Positions 42,802-53,056 of a DNA stretch of 64,000 bases are shown piece after piece. A program made the position numbers and the translations under genes. Numbering within the stretch: the stretch's first letter is position 1; every line of letters starts with the position of its first letter. Under the pieces are notes generated by a model. That model was not told where the DNA came from and searched no databases. It saw only the letters and a program-made list of their open reading frames with translations. Origin of the DNA: an uncultured Flavobacteriaceae bacterium (GTDB taxonomy: Bacteria; Bacteroidota; Bacteroidia; Flavobacteriales; Flavobacteriaceae); assembly GCA_963704895.1 (NCBI GenBank), contig CAVPID010000002.1, positions 638,752-702,751 of the forward strand, written 5' to 3'.

Positions 42802-43113
42802 ATGGAAGAAAAAAATCAGAAACAACAACAGATAAATATTGAGCTGGACGAAAAAATAGCTGAAGGAATCTATTCCAATTTGGCCATTATAAATCATTCT
42901 GTTTCAGAATTTGTTGTCGACTTTATAAGCATGATGCCGGGAGCACCAAAAGCGAAGGTGAAAAGTAGAATTGTCCTTACTCCTCAGCATGCGAAGAAAT
43001 TTTTAAAAGCGCTTAATGATAATGTTAGTCGTTTTGAAAAGGCTCACGGTACTATTAAAGATTACGAGCAACCTCCAATTCCGTTAAATTTCGGTCCTAC
43101 TGGAGAGGCTTAA
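42802..43113 (+). CDS. DUF3467-family protein
   Basis: 103 aa. Small conserved protein that follows rpoC in Bacteroidota (YSNLAIINHSVSEFVVDF). Confidence 0.75.
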   Translation: MEEKNQKQQQINIELDEKIAEGIYSNLAIINHSVSEFVVDFISMMPGAPKAKVKSRIVLTPQHAKKFLKALNDNVSRFEKAHGTIKDYEQPPIPLNFGPTGEA

Positions 43114-43115
43114 TT

Positions 43116-43146
43116 AAAAAAACCCATGTAGTATTCATGGGTTTTT
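43116..43146. terminator. Bidirectional terminator between the convergent DUF3467 gene and prfC
   Basis: AAAAAAACCCATG-tagtatt-CATGGGTTTTT, with an A-tract on one side and a T-tract on the other. Confidence 0.7.
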
Positions 43147-43172
43147 AATTTTTGGTTCATACTGTGACCTAA

Positions 43173-44762
43173 TTATTCAAATTCTGAAGTAAAATGTAGT
43201 TTTACAGTGGGATATTTCTGTTGAGTCATTTGTAATGAAAATTGAGAATCTGCCAAAAACACCAGTTGTCCGCGCTTATCCTTAGCCAGGAATTTCTGTT
43301 TTACTCTAATAAATTCTTTAAACTCTTCATTATTAGGATCTTCCGGATCAACCCAGCAGGCTTTGTGAACAGGAAAATTCTCATAGGTACATTTTGCACC
43401 GTACTCATGTTCTAATCTGTATTGAATTACTTCGTATTGCAAGGCGCCTACAGTACCTATAACTTTTCTGCCATTAAGTTCCAAGGTAAATAACTGCGCA
43501 ACACCTTCATCCATTAACTGGTCAATTCCTTTATTTAATTGCTTGGATTTCATCGGATCTGCATTGTTGATATATCTGAAATGCTCCGGAGAAAAGTTGG
43601 GGATACCTTTATAATGTAAAATTTCACCCTCTGTTAATGTATCACCAATTTTAAAATTACCGGTGTCATGCAATCCCACAATATCGCCGGGATACGATAT
43701 ATCTACTATTTCTTTTTTTTCTGCAAAAAATGCATTGGGACTTGAAAATTTCAATTTCTTATTGAGCCTTACATGCAAATAGGGCTTGTTGCGCTCAAAT
43801 GTTCCTGATACAATTTTCACAAATGCCAAGCGATCTCTGTGTTTCGGATCCATATTGGCGTGGATTTTAAATACAAAACCGGAAAGCTCGGTTTCATTGG
43901 CTTTAACCATACGTTCTTCGGCCATCTTCGATCTGGGATATGGAGCTATTTCAATAAAACAATCGAGAAGTTCTTTTACTCCAAAATTATTTAACGCAGA
44001 ACCAAAAAATACCGGCTGAAGCGAACCTTCCAGATACTTTTGTTTGTCAAAAGGAGGGTAGACTCCGCTTACCAACTCCATATTATCTCTTAAAGTTTCA
44101 GCAGCCCCGGTGCCAATAATATTCTCTAATTCAGGACTCGTTATATCATCAAATGCAATGATGTCTGAGATGTTTTTTTTGCTATCTCCACTGAAAAGAT
44201 TAATATTTTTCTCATAAATATTATAAATTCCCTTAAAATCGTAGCCCATCCCAATTGGAAAACTTAAAGGGGTAACAGTTAATCCCAATTCCTGTTCTAC
44301 TTCATCCAAAAGGTCAAAAGCGTCCTTTCCTTCTCTATCGAGTTTGTTTATGAATACGATCATGGGAATGCTTCTCATCCTGCAGACCTCCACCAATTTT
44401 TTAGTCTGTTCTTCTACACCTTTAGCAACATCTATAACAACAATTACACTATCTACTGCTGTTAGGGTTCTAAAAGTATCCTCCGCAAAGTCCTTATGGC
44501 CTGGCGTATCAAGAATATTTATCTTCTTATCCTTATACAAGAATGCAAGGACAGAGGTAGCTACCGAAATTCCACGCTGACGCTCAATTTCCATGAAATC
44601 GCTCGTTGCTGCTTTTTTGATCTTATTATTTTTTACAGCTCCTGCCTCTTGTATTGCGCCTCCAAATAGAAGCAACTTTTCGGTAAGTGTAGTTTTACCG
44701 GCATCAGGATGCGAAATAATACCAAATGTTCTTCTCCTTTCTATTTCTTTTGAAAAATTCAC
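43173..44762 (-). CDS. prfC: Peptide chain release factor 3
   Basis: 529 aa with a GTG start. RRRTFGIISHPDAGKTTLTEKLL, DTPGH and NKLD GTPase motifs. Confidence 0.95.
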   Translation of the reverse strand: MNFSKEIERRRTFGIISHPDAGKTTLTEKLLLFGGAIQEAGAVKNNKIKKAATSDFMEIERQRGISVATSVLAFLYKDKKINILDTPGHKDFAEDTFRTLTAVDSVIVVIDVAKGVEEQTKKLVEVCRMRSIPMIVFINKLDREGKDAFDLLDEVEQELGLTVTPLSFPIGMGYDFKGIYNIYEKNINLFSGDSKKNISDIIAFDDITSPELENIIGTGAAETLRDNMELVSGVYPPFDKQKYLEGSLQPVFFGSALNNFGVKELLDCFIEIAPYPRSKMAEERMVKANETELSGFVFKIHANMDPKHRDRLAFVKIVSGTFERNKPYLHVRLNKKLKFSSPNAFFAEKKEIVDISYPGDIVGLHDTGNFKIGDTLTEGEILHYKGIPNFSPEHFRYINNADPMKSKQLNKGIDQLMDEGVAQLFTLELNGRKVIGTVGALQYEVIQYRLEHEYGAKCTYENFPVHKACWVDPEDPNNEEFKEFIRVKQKFLAKDKRGQLVFLADSQFSLQMTQQKYPTVKLHFTSEFE

Positions 44763-45174
44763 AGCAAAAATTTGAGCAAAAATAAGGCAAATAATATAGC
44801 TCAGAGAGAATAGAAAGACTTTTTTAAAATGATTCTCATCGCACTTAATAGTCCATATTCAATGAATTTGAGATTATTAATCTATTTGATTTTAGGGATA
44901 TTATCGATAAACGGCTAGTAATCTTCGATTTTTGAATTTTTGAGAATTATTAAAAGCTTTTTACAACAGACTTTACCTTCTCATAGTATCAATATTTTTG
45001 ACGTTTAACGAGTTTTGAGGTCTTTTAAAGATATTTACTAACTTAAGTTTTCAAATGGATTTGATGCTATGTTATTTAACTATATCTTGCAATGATATTT
45101 TAGAGAAGCCCTATCTCTTACTTAGTTTTTTCCTACAAAGCCGTGGTGATATGTTTAATTGAAAACTATCATTT

Positions 45175-48100
45175 ATGGAAAAAAATACCCCAACCAAAAT
45201 ACGAGATAAAGCGACTTTAGGCTTTAGCTTGATAACTGCCATTCTAGTTTTAGTTTTTTCTTCTTCTTTTGACACGATTCCGTCAGATTATGATTTTATG
45301 ACTACCTATGCGGATACGGACACGGATAATGATGGTATAAAGGATCTTATAGATATTGATGATGACAATGATGGTATTATAGATTCAATAGAAGATAAAA
45401 ACCCAGACGGGGATAATAATCCATTAACGCATCCAACAGACACTGATAAAGATGGGGTTCCCAATCACCTTGATGTCGATTCAGACAATGATGGAATTAT
45501 TGATAATGTGGAAGCGCAGTCGACGCACGGTTATATCGCCCCAAGTGGAATTGATTCTGATGGTAACGGACTAGATGACAACTATGAAGAAACACCTGGC
45601 AGTTGTGGGGGACTGGTACCCATAGATTCAGATTTGGATAGTTATCCTGATTATTTAGATATCGATAGCGATAATGATGGGATTTTAGACAATGTAGAAG
45701 CTCAAACTACCGCAGATTTTCAGGCACCCTGTGGCATGGATTCAGATGGCAACGGCCTGGATGACCATTATGAGGAATCTCCAGGTAGTTGTGGTGGATT
45801 AATACCTGTAAATACAGATGGTGACTCCCAACCTGATTATAGGGATATCGACTCAGATAATGATGGTATTCTGGATAATGTGGAAGCTCAGGAAGCTGCC
45901 AGTTTTCAACCACCCTGCGGTATGGATAGTGATGGCAACGGTCTTGATGATCATTACGAAAATACACCGGGCTCTGGAGAAGGACTCCATCCGATAAATT
46001 CCGATAATGACCCCAATCCTAATTTTAGAGATATTGATTCCGAAAATGATGGTCTACCTGATAATATAGAGGCACAGACCACAAGTGGCTATATTCTTCC
46101 ATCTGGTTTGGATGATGATAAAGACGGCCTGGACAATGCTTACGAAGGAACAGGTGATCAAGGTCTTACTCCGGAGAATACAGACGGTACGGACGAGCCG
46201 GATTATTTGGATACGGACACGGATAACGATTTGGTTCCTGATAATAATGAAGGGAACGATTTTAATTTTGATGGGATCCCTGATCAGACATTTACTGGTA
46301 CAGATACCGATGAGGATGGTCTTGATGATGGCTATGAGGGCAGTGATTTAAATGATCCTTTTCTGGTAAATGACGAAATAACAGACCCGGCAACTGATTT
46401 ACCGGATACGGATGGTACTGAGGATGTTAACTACCGTGACCTGGATGATGATGGGGATGGTTTGGACACCCCTGACGAGGATGCCAATGAAGATGGCGAC
46501 CCTACTAATGACGATACCAGTGGTAATGGTACCCCTGATTATTTAGATCCTGATACTACAAATACTGATCCTGATCCTGATACCGATGGAGATGGGGTAA
46601 AGGATAGTACAGACCTGGATGATGACAATGATGGTTTGCTGGATACGGAAGAAGATCCCAATCTGGATACTGATGATAATCCGTTAACCAACCCATTGGA
46701 CAGCGACGGTGATGGTTTTCCAAATCACCTGGATATCGATTCAGATAATGATGGATTACCCGATAATATAGAAGCACAGACCACCAGTGGTTATATATTA
46801 CCCAATGAAGACGACGAGGCAACTTATGTGACCAATGATGGGGTGAACTCTGCATATTTAGGGGGTCTAACTCCAGTGAATACAGATGGTTCGGACGAGC
46901 TCGATTATTTGGATACCGATACGGACAATGATCTAGTGCCTGATAATAATGAAGGGAATGACTTTAATTTTGATGGGATTCCTGATCAGACCTTTACCGG
47001 TACAGATACCGATGAGGATGGTCTTGATGATGGCTATGAGGGCAGTGATGTAAATGACCCTTTTGTAGTAAATGATGAAATAACAGACCCGGCAACTGAT
47101 TTACCGGATACGGATGGTACTGAGGATGTTAACTACCGGGATATTGATGATGATGGTGATGGTCTGGATACTCCTGATGAGGATACTGATGGTGATGGTG
47201 ATCCTACCAATGATGATTGCAGTGGTAATGGAACGCCTAATTATTTAGATCCGGATACAACCACTTGTGATCCGGATACAGACGGTGATGGTGTGACTGA
47301 TGAAAATGAAGTCGCAGATGAAACCGATCCAACAGATCCTTGTGATTTTATTTTAGCTAGCCAAACCGTAACTCCTTCCGAGGAATGGGACAACTTAGAT
47401 TGTGATGGCGATGGGGTTACCAATGAAGATGAGGTTTCGGATGGAACTGATCCTTTAGACTCTTGCGATTTATTACTTGCAAGCCAAACGGTAACACCAA
47501 CCACAGATTGGAATAACCTGGACTGCGATGGCGATGGTGTAACTAACGGTGACGAAGTTACCGATGAAACCGATCCATTGGATCCTTGTGATCTTTTACT
47601 GGCTAGCCAAACAGTAACGCCTTCAGACGAATGGAATATTCTGGATTGTGATGGCGACGGGGTAACTAATGGCGATGAAGTTTCGGATTCAACAGATCCC
47701 TTAGATCCTTGCGACTTTAACCAAGACAGCGTAACGCTTACACCAAGTGGCGATTATTTAGTAGCAGATTGCGACGGTGACGGGGTAACAAATGGTGATG
47801 AGGCTACAGATGGAACAGATCCATTAGATTCCTGTGATCTAATATTGGCAAGCCAAACGGTGACCCCAACCATTGATTGGAGCAATTTGGATTGTGACGG
47901 TGACGGCGTAACTAATGGTGATGAAGTTGCTGATGCAACAGATCCATTAGACTCTTGTGATCTTATACTGGCAAGTCAAACAGTAACTCCAACCACTGAT
48001 TGGGATAACCTGGATTGTGACGGTGATGGGGTAACCAATGGCGATGAAGTTTCGGATGCAACAGATCCTTTAGACTCTTGTGATTTTATACTGGCAAGTC

Positions 48101-49884
48101 AAACGGTAACTCCAACCACGGATTGGATCAGTCTTGATTGTGATGGCGACGGAGTAACCAACGGGGATGAAGTTTCGGATTCAACAGATCCCTTAGATCC
48201 TTGCGATTTTAATCAAGACAGTGTAACGCTTACGCCAAGTGGTGATTATTTAGCGGCAGATTGCGATGGTGACGGGGTAACAAATGGTGATGAGGCTACA
48301 GACGGAACAGATCCATTAGATTCTTGTGATCTTATATTGGCGAGCCAAACGGTGACTCCAACAGTTGAGTGGAATAACCTGGATTGTGATGGCGACGGGG
48401 TAACTAATGGTGATGAAGTTGCAGACGCAACGGATCCTTTAGACTCTTGTGATCTTATACTGGCAAGTCAAACAGTATCTCCAACCGATGATTGGGATAA
48501 CCTCGATTGCGACGGTGATGGTGTAACCAATGGGGATGAAGTTATTGATTCAACAGATCCATTAGATCCATGTGATCTTCTACTGGCAAGTCAAACAGTG
48601 ACTCCCTCTGAGGAATGGAATCTCCTGGATTGCGATAACGATGGAAATTCTAACGGAACGGACCCTAATCCCCTAATTGCAACAGCAGTGGATGATTCCG
48701 GAACGACCCTTCCTTTAACAGAGGTAGTAATTAATATCTTAGCGAACGATGATTACCTTCCTAATAATGATCCCAACAATCTGGGAACTACATCTATAAC
48801 CAGAATTGGAGGAGACGCAACCGGAATTGTTTCTTTTGATCCGGAAACAGGAGAACTATCATATACTCCGTCTGCATCAGAAAACAATATAAATATTACA
48901 ATTATCTATGAAGTATGTAATACGGATCCTGATCCGGATGTATGTGCTTCGGCTACAGTTACCATATTTGTATCAGATAATCCAATAGATGCCGTTGATG
49001 ATGATTTTAGTGAATTGTTAGCAGATGGCACGGATGGAGGCGTTATAGAAGGAGGTAATATATTTGATAATGATATTTTAAACGGTATGGCCCTCGATCC
49101 GGCTGATGTAACCTTAACATCAACGCCAACAGGTCCGTTAACAATAAATCCTGATGGTACCGTTAGTGTAGCTCCTGATACGGCCCCGGGTACTTATTCC
49201 ATAGATTATACGATATGTGAGATTGCAAATCCAATAAACTGTGATACTGCAACCGTAACGGTAGAGGTCATTAATGTTACCATAGATGCAGTGGATGATG
49301 ACTACAGCGATATTTTTATAGATGGTGAAGATGGTGGCATTTTACCGGATAGCAACGTTTTGGATAATGATACCTTGAATGGACTGTCAGTTGATCCTGA
49401 GGATGTAACAATTACATCCACACCAACAGGTCCGTTAACAGTAAATACAGATGGCACCATTAGCGTTGCTCCGGATACTCCTACAGGATCGTATAGCATT
49501 GAATATACAATATGTGAGAATGAAAATCCAACTAATTGTGACACCGCTACTGTTGTGGTATTGGTTTCAGAAACAATTTCAGGTGCCATTGAAGTCAATC
49601 AATTAGTAACGCCAAATAATGATGGCAGAAATGATTTCTTATTTATTAACGGAGTAGAAAATGCGTTGAATAATTCTCTGAAGATATTTAATAGATGGGG
49701 TGTTGCTGTTTACGAAGGCAGAAACTATAACAACCAAAATAACGTTTTTGATGGCAGATCAAGAGGGAGATCAACGATTAGTGCCGAAGATTATCTGCCT
49801 TCTGGAGTATATTTCTATATCTTTGAGTATCAAAAAGACCAGGAAAATATTTCTAAAAGTGGTTATCTCTACATAAGTAAATAA
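45175..49884 (+). CDS. Giant acidic Ca-binding-repeat surface protein with T9SS type B C-terminal sorting domain
   Basis: 1569 aa. N-terminal TM/signal segment, then many thrombospondin-type-3-like DxDxDGxxDxxD repeats. These are followed by 12 Cys-paired 39-aa repeats and three Ig/cadherin-like units. The C-terminus ([17 protein letters not shown]...[12 protein letters not shown]...GVYFYIFEY...GYLYISK) matches the gliding-motility-associated (type B) CTD. Confidence 0.9.
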   Translation: MEKNTPTKIRDKATLGFSLITAILVLVFSSSFDTIPSDYDFMTTYADTDTDNDGIKDLIDIDDDNDGIIDSIEDKNPDGDNNPLTHPTDTDKDGVPNHLDVDSDNDGIIDNVEAQSTHGYIAPSGIDSDGNGLDDNYEETPGSCGGLVPIDSDLDSYPDYLDIDSDNDGILDNVEAQTTADFQAPCGMDSDGNGLDDHYEESPGSCGGLIPVNTDGDSQPDYRDIDSDNDGILDNVEAQEAASFQPPCGMDSDGNGLDDHYENTPGSGEGLHPINSDNDPNPNFRDIDSENDGLPDNIEAQTTSGYILPSGLDDDKDGLDNAYEGTGDQGLTPENTDGTDEPDYLDTDTDNDLVPDNNEGNDFNFDGIPDQTFTGTDTDEDGLDDGYEGSDLNDPFLVNDEITDPATDLPDTDGTEDVNYRDLDDDGDGLDTPDEDANEDGDPTNDDTSGNGTPDYLDPDTTNTDPDPDTDGDGVKDSTDLDDDNDGLLDTEEDPNLDTDDNPLTNPLDSDGDGFPNHLDIDSDNDGLPDNIEAQTTSGYILPNEDDEATYVTNDGVNSAYLGGLTPVNTDGSDELDYLDTDTDNDLVPDNNEGNDFNFDGIPDQTFTGTDTDEDGLDDGYEGSDVNDPFVVNDEITDPATDLPDTDGTEDVNYRDIDDDGDGLDTPDEDTDGDGDPTNDDCSGNGTPNYLDPDTTTCDPDTDGDGVTDENEVADETDPTDPCDFILASQTVTPSEEWDNLDCDGDGVTNEDEVSDGTDPLDSCDLLLASQTVTPTTDWNNLDCDGDGVTNGDEVTDETDPLDPCDLLLASQTVTPSDEWNILDCDGDGVTNGDEVSDSTDPLDPCDFNQDSVTLTPSGDYLVADCDGDGVTNGDEATDGTDPLDSCDLILASQTVTPTIDWSNLDCDGDGVTNGDEVADATDPLDSCDLILASQTVTPTTDWDNLDCDGDGVTNGDEVSDATDPLDSCDFILASQTVTPTTDWISLDCDGDGVTNGDEVSDSTDPLDPCDFNQDSVTLTPSGDYLAADCDGDGVTNGDEATDGTDPLDSCDLILASQTVTPTVEWNNLDCDGDGVTNGDEVADATDPLDSCDLILASQTVSPTDDWDNLDCDGDGVTNGDEVIDSTDPLDPCDLLLASQTVTPSEEWNLLDCDNDGNSNGTDPNPLIATAVDDSGTTLPLTEVVINILANDDYLPNNDPNNLGTTSITRIGGDATGIVSFDPETGELSYTPSASENNINITIIYEVCNTDPDPDVCASATVTIFVSDNPIDAVDDDFSELLADGTDGGVIEGGNIFDNDILNGMALDPADVTLTSTPTGPLTINPDGTVSVAPDTAPGTYSIDYTICEIANPINCDTATVTVEVINVTIDAVDDDYSDIFIDGEDGGILPDSNVLDNDTLNGLSVDPEDVTITSTPTGPLTVNTDGTISVAPDTPTGSYSIEYTICENENPTNCDTATVVVLVSETISGAIEVNQLVTPNNDGRNDFLFINGVENALNNSLKIFNRWGVAVYEGRNYNNQNNVFDGRSRGRSTISAEDYLPSGVYFYIFEYQKDQENISKSGYLYISK
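46031..47200 (+). repeat. Intragenic segmental duplication (two copies of about 470 bp, offset about 700 bp)
   Basis: 46031..46500 and 46733..47200 align base for base over long stretches. For example, the run aatgaagggaa.gatttt/cttt aattttgatggga..cctgatcaga and the run ggtacagataccgatgaggatggtcttgatgatggctatgagggcagtgat are identical in both copies. Confidence 0.8.
47270..48665 (+). repeat. About 12 tandem 117-bp (39-aa) coding repeats: D-P-C-D-[FL][10 protein letters not shown]3[24 protein letters not shown]
   Basis: Counted in the translated ORF: 10 CDGDGVTN units plus diverged first and last units. Confidence 0.85.
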
Positions 49885-49887
49885 TAC

Positions 49888-50853
49888 ATGGTAAAGTATA
49901 TGATATTTAGCAAGCGCAACTTTGTTTTTCTAATACTGATTTTTACCACAATAGGAGGTTTATTGGCACAGCAAGATGCCCAGTACACGCAATATATGTA
50001 TAACACAATGAGCGTTAATCCTGCCTATGCTGGTTCAAGAGGACAACTGAGTATTGCCGGTTTGTACAGATCTCAGTGGGTTGGCCTCGCAGGAGCTCCG
50101 GAAACATTTACAATAAATCTTCATTCACCTATAAGGAATAGTAAATTAGGCTATGGAGTATCTATAATTAATGATAATATAGGTGATGGTGTAGTTCAGG
50201 AAACTTATTTGGATGGGGTGTTGTCTTATACTATTGACGTGTCCTACGAAGGGAAATTGTCTTTTGGTCTGAACGCAGGCGGTAGTATGCTGAACCTCGA
50301 TTTTAACGGGTTGAATAATTTTGACAATGAACCTATTACAGGGGATAATATAGATAATAAATTTACACCTAATTTTGGTTTGGGAGTGTATTATCATACC
50401 AATAAATTTTACTTAGGAGTATCAGCCCCCAGGCTGATTGCCTCAGATTATTTTGATAATTCTCAACGGGATTCGAATAGTGTGCAATTTCTATCCAGGG
50501 AGAAAATCAACTTCTACTTAATCACTGGAGTTGTACTTGATTTAAACAGTCAGCTAAAATTTAAACCGGCTTTACTGACTAAATTAGTAGGAGGTGCTCC
50601 TTTACAAGTAGATCTTTCAGCAAGTTTTTTATTGAATGAGAAATTCTCCTTTGGCCTGGCATACAGATGGGATGCGGCTTTTAGCGCATTAATTGGATTT
50701 CAATTATCAGATCAGCTAATGCTTGGTCTGGCTTATGATAAGGAAACTACAGAATTAGGAAGTACTCAATTTAATGATGGGTCATTTGAAGTATTCCTAA
50801 GATTCGAATTGGTTAAATCATTTCAGCGTTTAGTATCACCCCGATTCTTTTAA
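49888..50853 (+). CDS. PorP/SprF-family T9SS outer-membrane protein
   Basis: 321 aa. Signal peptide followed by the hallmark QQDAQYTQYMYNTMSVNPAYAG N-terminus, with beta-barrel-like alternation and a C-terminal F. It starts 4 nt after the type B CTD gene. Confidence 0.9.
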   Translation: MVKYMIFSKRNFVFLILIFTTIGGLLAQQDAQYTQYMYNTMSVNPAYAGSRGQLSIAGLYRSQWVGLAGAPETFTINLHSPIRNSKLGYGVSIINDNIGDGVVQETYLDGVLSYTIDVSYEGKLSFGLNAGGSMLNLDFNGLNNFDNEPITGDNIDNKFTPNFGLGVYYHTNKFYLGVSAPRLIASDYFDNSQRDSNSVQFLSREKINFYLITGVVLDLNSQLKFKPALLTKLVGGAPLQVDLSASFLLNEKFSFGLAYRWDAAFSALIGFQLSDQLMLGLAYDKETTELGSTQFNDGSFEVFLRFELVKSFQRLVSPRFF

Positions 50854-50864
50854 ATTTTAATTAA

Positions 50865-52799
50865 ATGACAAAAAAAATACTCTTAACTTCAATCCTGACA
50901 GTATTTCTGCTGGCCATGACATTTGCACAGGAAAGACGAGTAGTCAAGGGTAATAAGAAATATGCAGAATATTCATTTAGTCCGGCTATTGATATATATA
51001 AGAAAGTACTGGATAAGGGATATGTGAGCAGTGATCTATTGCAAAAATTAGGGAATTCATATTATTTTAATGCAAATTATGAAGAGGCCGAAAAGATTTA
51101 TAAACAACTTATTGAAACCTATGGTTCAGAAATAGGTCCGGAATATTTTTTTAGGTATGGCCAAACACTTAAAACCCTGGGAGATTATACGAATTCAGAT
51201 TCTATCCTGGCCCGTTTTTCGGAAATGACGTCAAATGATTTGCGTTCAAAAATAATTAAAACGGCAAAGGATTATAAGGAAGAAATTGCCAGAAATTCCG
51301 GCCGTTATGAGCTTGAACTCTTCGAGTACAATTCCAAATATTCAGATTTTGCACCTGCATTTTATAAAGAAGGTTTGATCTTTTCTTCAGACCGTGACAC
51401 AGGAAACCTTGCCAGATATCGCCATACATGGAATTCCAAAGACTTTCTGGATATTTATAAAGTAAATGCAGACAGTAGTTCCAGTAACCGGGTAGTAAAG
51501 ATGAATATGATTAATTCCAGACTTCATGAATCTACTTCCGTAGCTACAAAAGATGGTAATACCATTTATTTTACCAGGAATAACTTTATTGATGGCAAAT
51601 CTAAAAAAGATGAAGAAGGAGTAATTAGATTAAAGATTTTTAGGATTAACTGGAAGGATGGCGAATGGTCAGGCCTGGAAGAGTTACCCTTTAACAGCGA
51701 TAGCTATTCAGTTGCCCACCCGGCTTTAAGCCCTGATGAAAAAACGCTTTATTTTGCTGCAGATATGCCAGATTCAAAGGGAGAATCTGATATTTATAAG
51801 GTTTCTATAAAAGAGGATGGCACCTTTGGTTCACCAATAAATTTGGGTACCCCGATAAACACGGAATCCAGGGAAACATTCCCTTATGTTAGCAGTGAAA
51901 ATATCCTTTATTTCTCTTCAGATGGTCACCCGGGTCTTGGAGGCCTGGATATTTTTGCGACTAAAATTGACTATGATGATTATTCAAAATCTGTATTAAA
52001 TGTAGGGGAGCCTGTGAATAGTAAAAAGGATGATTTTTCCTATATAATTAATGAGGAGACTAAAAAAGGGTATTTTGCATCTAATCGCTCCGAAGGAATG
52101 GGAGCCGATGATATTTATGGTTTCTTAGAGACCAGACCTTTAAATTTTGAATGTCTCCAACCAATAACCGGTACAGTGCGTGATAAAATTTCCAATGAAG
52201 TACTTGTAGGTGCCACGGTCAAAGTAATTAATGAGGATAATGAAGAAGTTCTATCTGCAATAACTGATAACAAGGGAGATTATATCTTAAGTTGTGATTG
52301 TAATCAGGGGAATTTTGTAAGGGCACAAACCCAGGGTTATATGCCGGCTGAGGAATATTTACCAATATCTGATGGTAAGCCCATAATAATTGATTTTTAT
52401 TTGGAACGTGAAATAATCGAAGCAGGTTTTGGGGATGATTTAGCGAAACTGTTGCAATTGAGCACCATCTATTTTGATTTTGGAAAATATAATATCAGAC
52501 GCGATGCGGAAATTGAAATTCAAAAGGTGATCGCTGCAATGGAAAAATATCCAAGTCTGAAAATAAAGGCTAATTCACACACAGATAGTCGGGGAGCTGA
52601 TTCATTTAATCTTTGGTTGTCACAAAAAAGAGCTGAGGCAACCGTCGCATATATGATTTCTCAAGGCATAAGTGCGGAGCGTCTTATAGGTGAGGGCTAT
52701 GGAGAAACCCGTCTGGTAAATGAGTGTGATGATGGTATAAAATGTTCCAGCGAAAAACACCAATTAAATCGCAGATCAGAGTTTATTATTTTGGAATAA
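50865..52799 (+). CDS. PorE-like OmpA-family protein (TPR + Tol-type beta-propeller + carboxypeptidase-regulatory-like + OmpA_C)
   Basis: 644 aa. TPR-like N-terminus, then PD40-type repeats (LIFSSDRD, IYFTRNN, LYFAADMPDSKGESDIY, LYFSSDGHPGLGGLDIF). These are followed by a CRD-like segment TGTVRDKISNEVLVGATVKV and an OmpA_C domain (IYFDFGKYNIR...HTDSRG...N..LS..RA......GYGE...NRRSEF). Confidence 0.85.
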   Translation: MTKKILLTSILTVFLLAMTFAQERRVVKGNKKYAEYSFSPAIDIYKKVLDKGYVSSDLLQKLGNSYYFNANYEEAEKIYKQLIETYGSEIGPEYFFRYGQTLKTLGDYTNSDSILARFSEMTSNDLRSKIIKTAKDYKEEIARNSGRYELELFEYNSKYSDFAPAFYKEGLIFSSDRDTGNLARYRHTWNSKDFLDIYKVNADSSSSNRVVKMNMINSRLHESTSVATKDGNTIYFTRNNFIDGKSKKDEEGVIRLKIFRINWKDGEWSGLEELPFNSDSYSVAHPALSPDEKTLYFAADMPDSKGESDIYKVSIKEDGTFGSPINLGTPINTESRETFPYVSSENILYFSSDGHPGLGGLDIFATKIDYDDYSKSVLNVGEPVNSKKDDFSYIINEETKKGYFASNRSEGMGADDIYGFLETRPLNFECLQPITGTVRDKISNEVLVGATVKVINEDNEEVLSAITDNKGDYILSCDCNQGNFVRAQTQGYMPAEEYLPISDGKPIIIDFYLEREIIEAGFGDDLAKLLQLSTIYFDFGKYNIRRDAEIEIQKVIAAMEKYPSLKIKANSHTDSRGADSFNLWLSQKRAEATVAYMISQGISAERLIGEGYGETRLVNECDDGIKCSSEKHQLNRRSEFIILE

Positions 52800-52825
52800 A
52801 AACTTTCAATTAAAAATAGTTTTTA

Positions 52826-52858
52826 AAGCAGCTACCAAAAGTAGCTGCTTTATTTTTT
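52826..52858 (+). terminator. Terminator closing the three-gene T9SS cargo unit
   Basis: The 10-bp stem AAGCAGCTAC/GTAGCTGCTT has a 5-nt loop and is followed by TATTTTTT. Confidence 0.75.
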
Positions 52859-53056
52859 ATAGGTTTAAAAATCATTAATGGAAGGGCTTCATCGTTCAAC
52901 TGCACGCCAAATGTCTCCGTAATTTGCTCAAAAAAAATTTGCTAAACTTCGGTAACCCGGCTTTTCACCAGCCGAATGAGCACTTATACAACAAATATTT
53001 AATAGAAAGGATTATCAAAGGTATTTTTGATGCTTATAGCTATACCTGTGTATAAA

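Noticed and set aside
45707-47504. Alternative-frame and antisense ORFs (His/Tyr/Pro-rich) within the 1569-aa gene.
   Set aside because: They are artefacts of GAT/GAC-rich repeats that lack stops in several frames.
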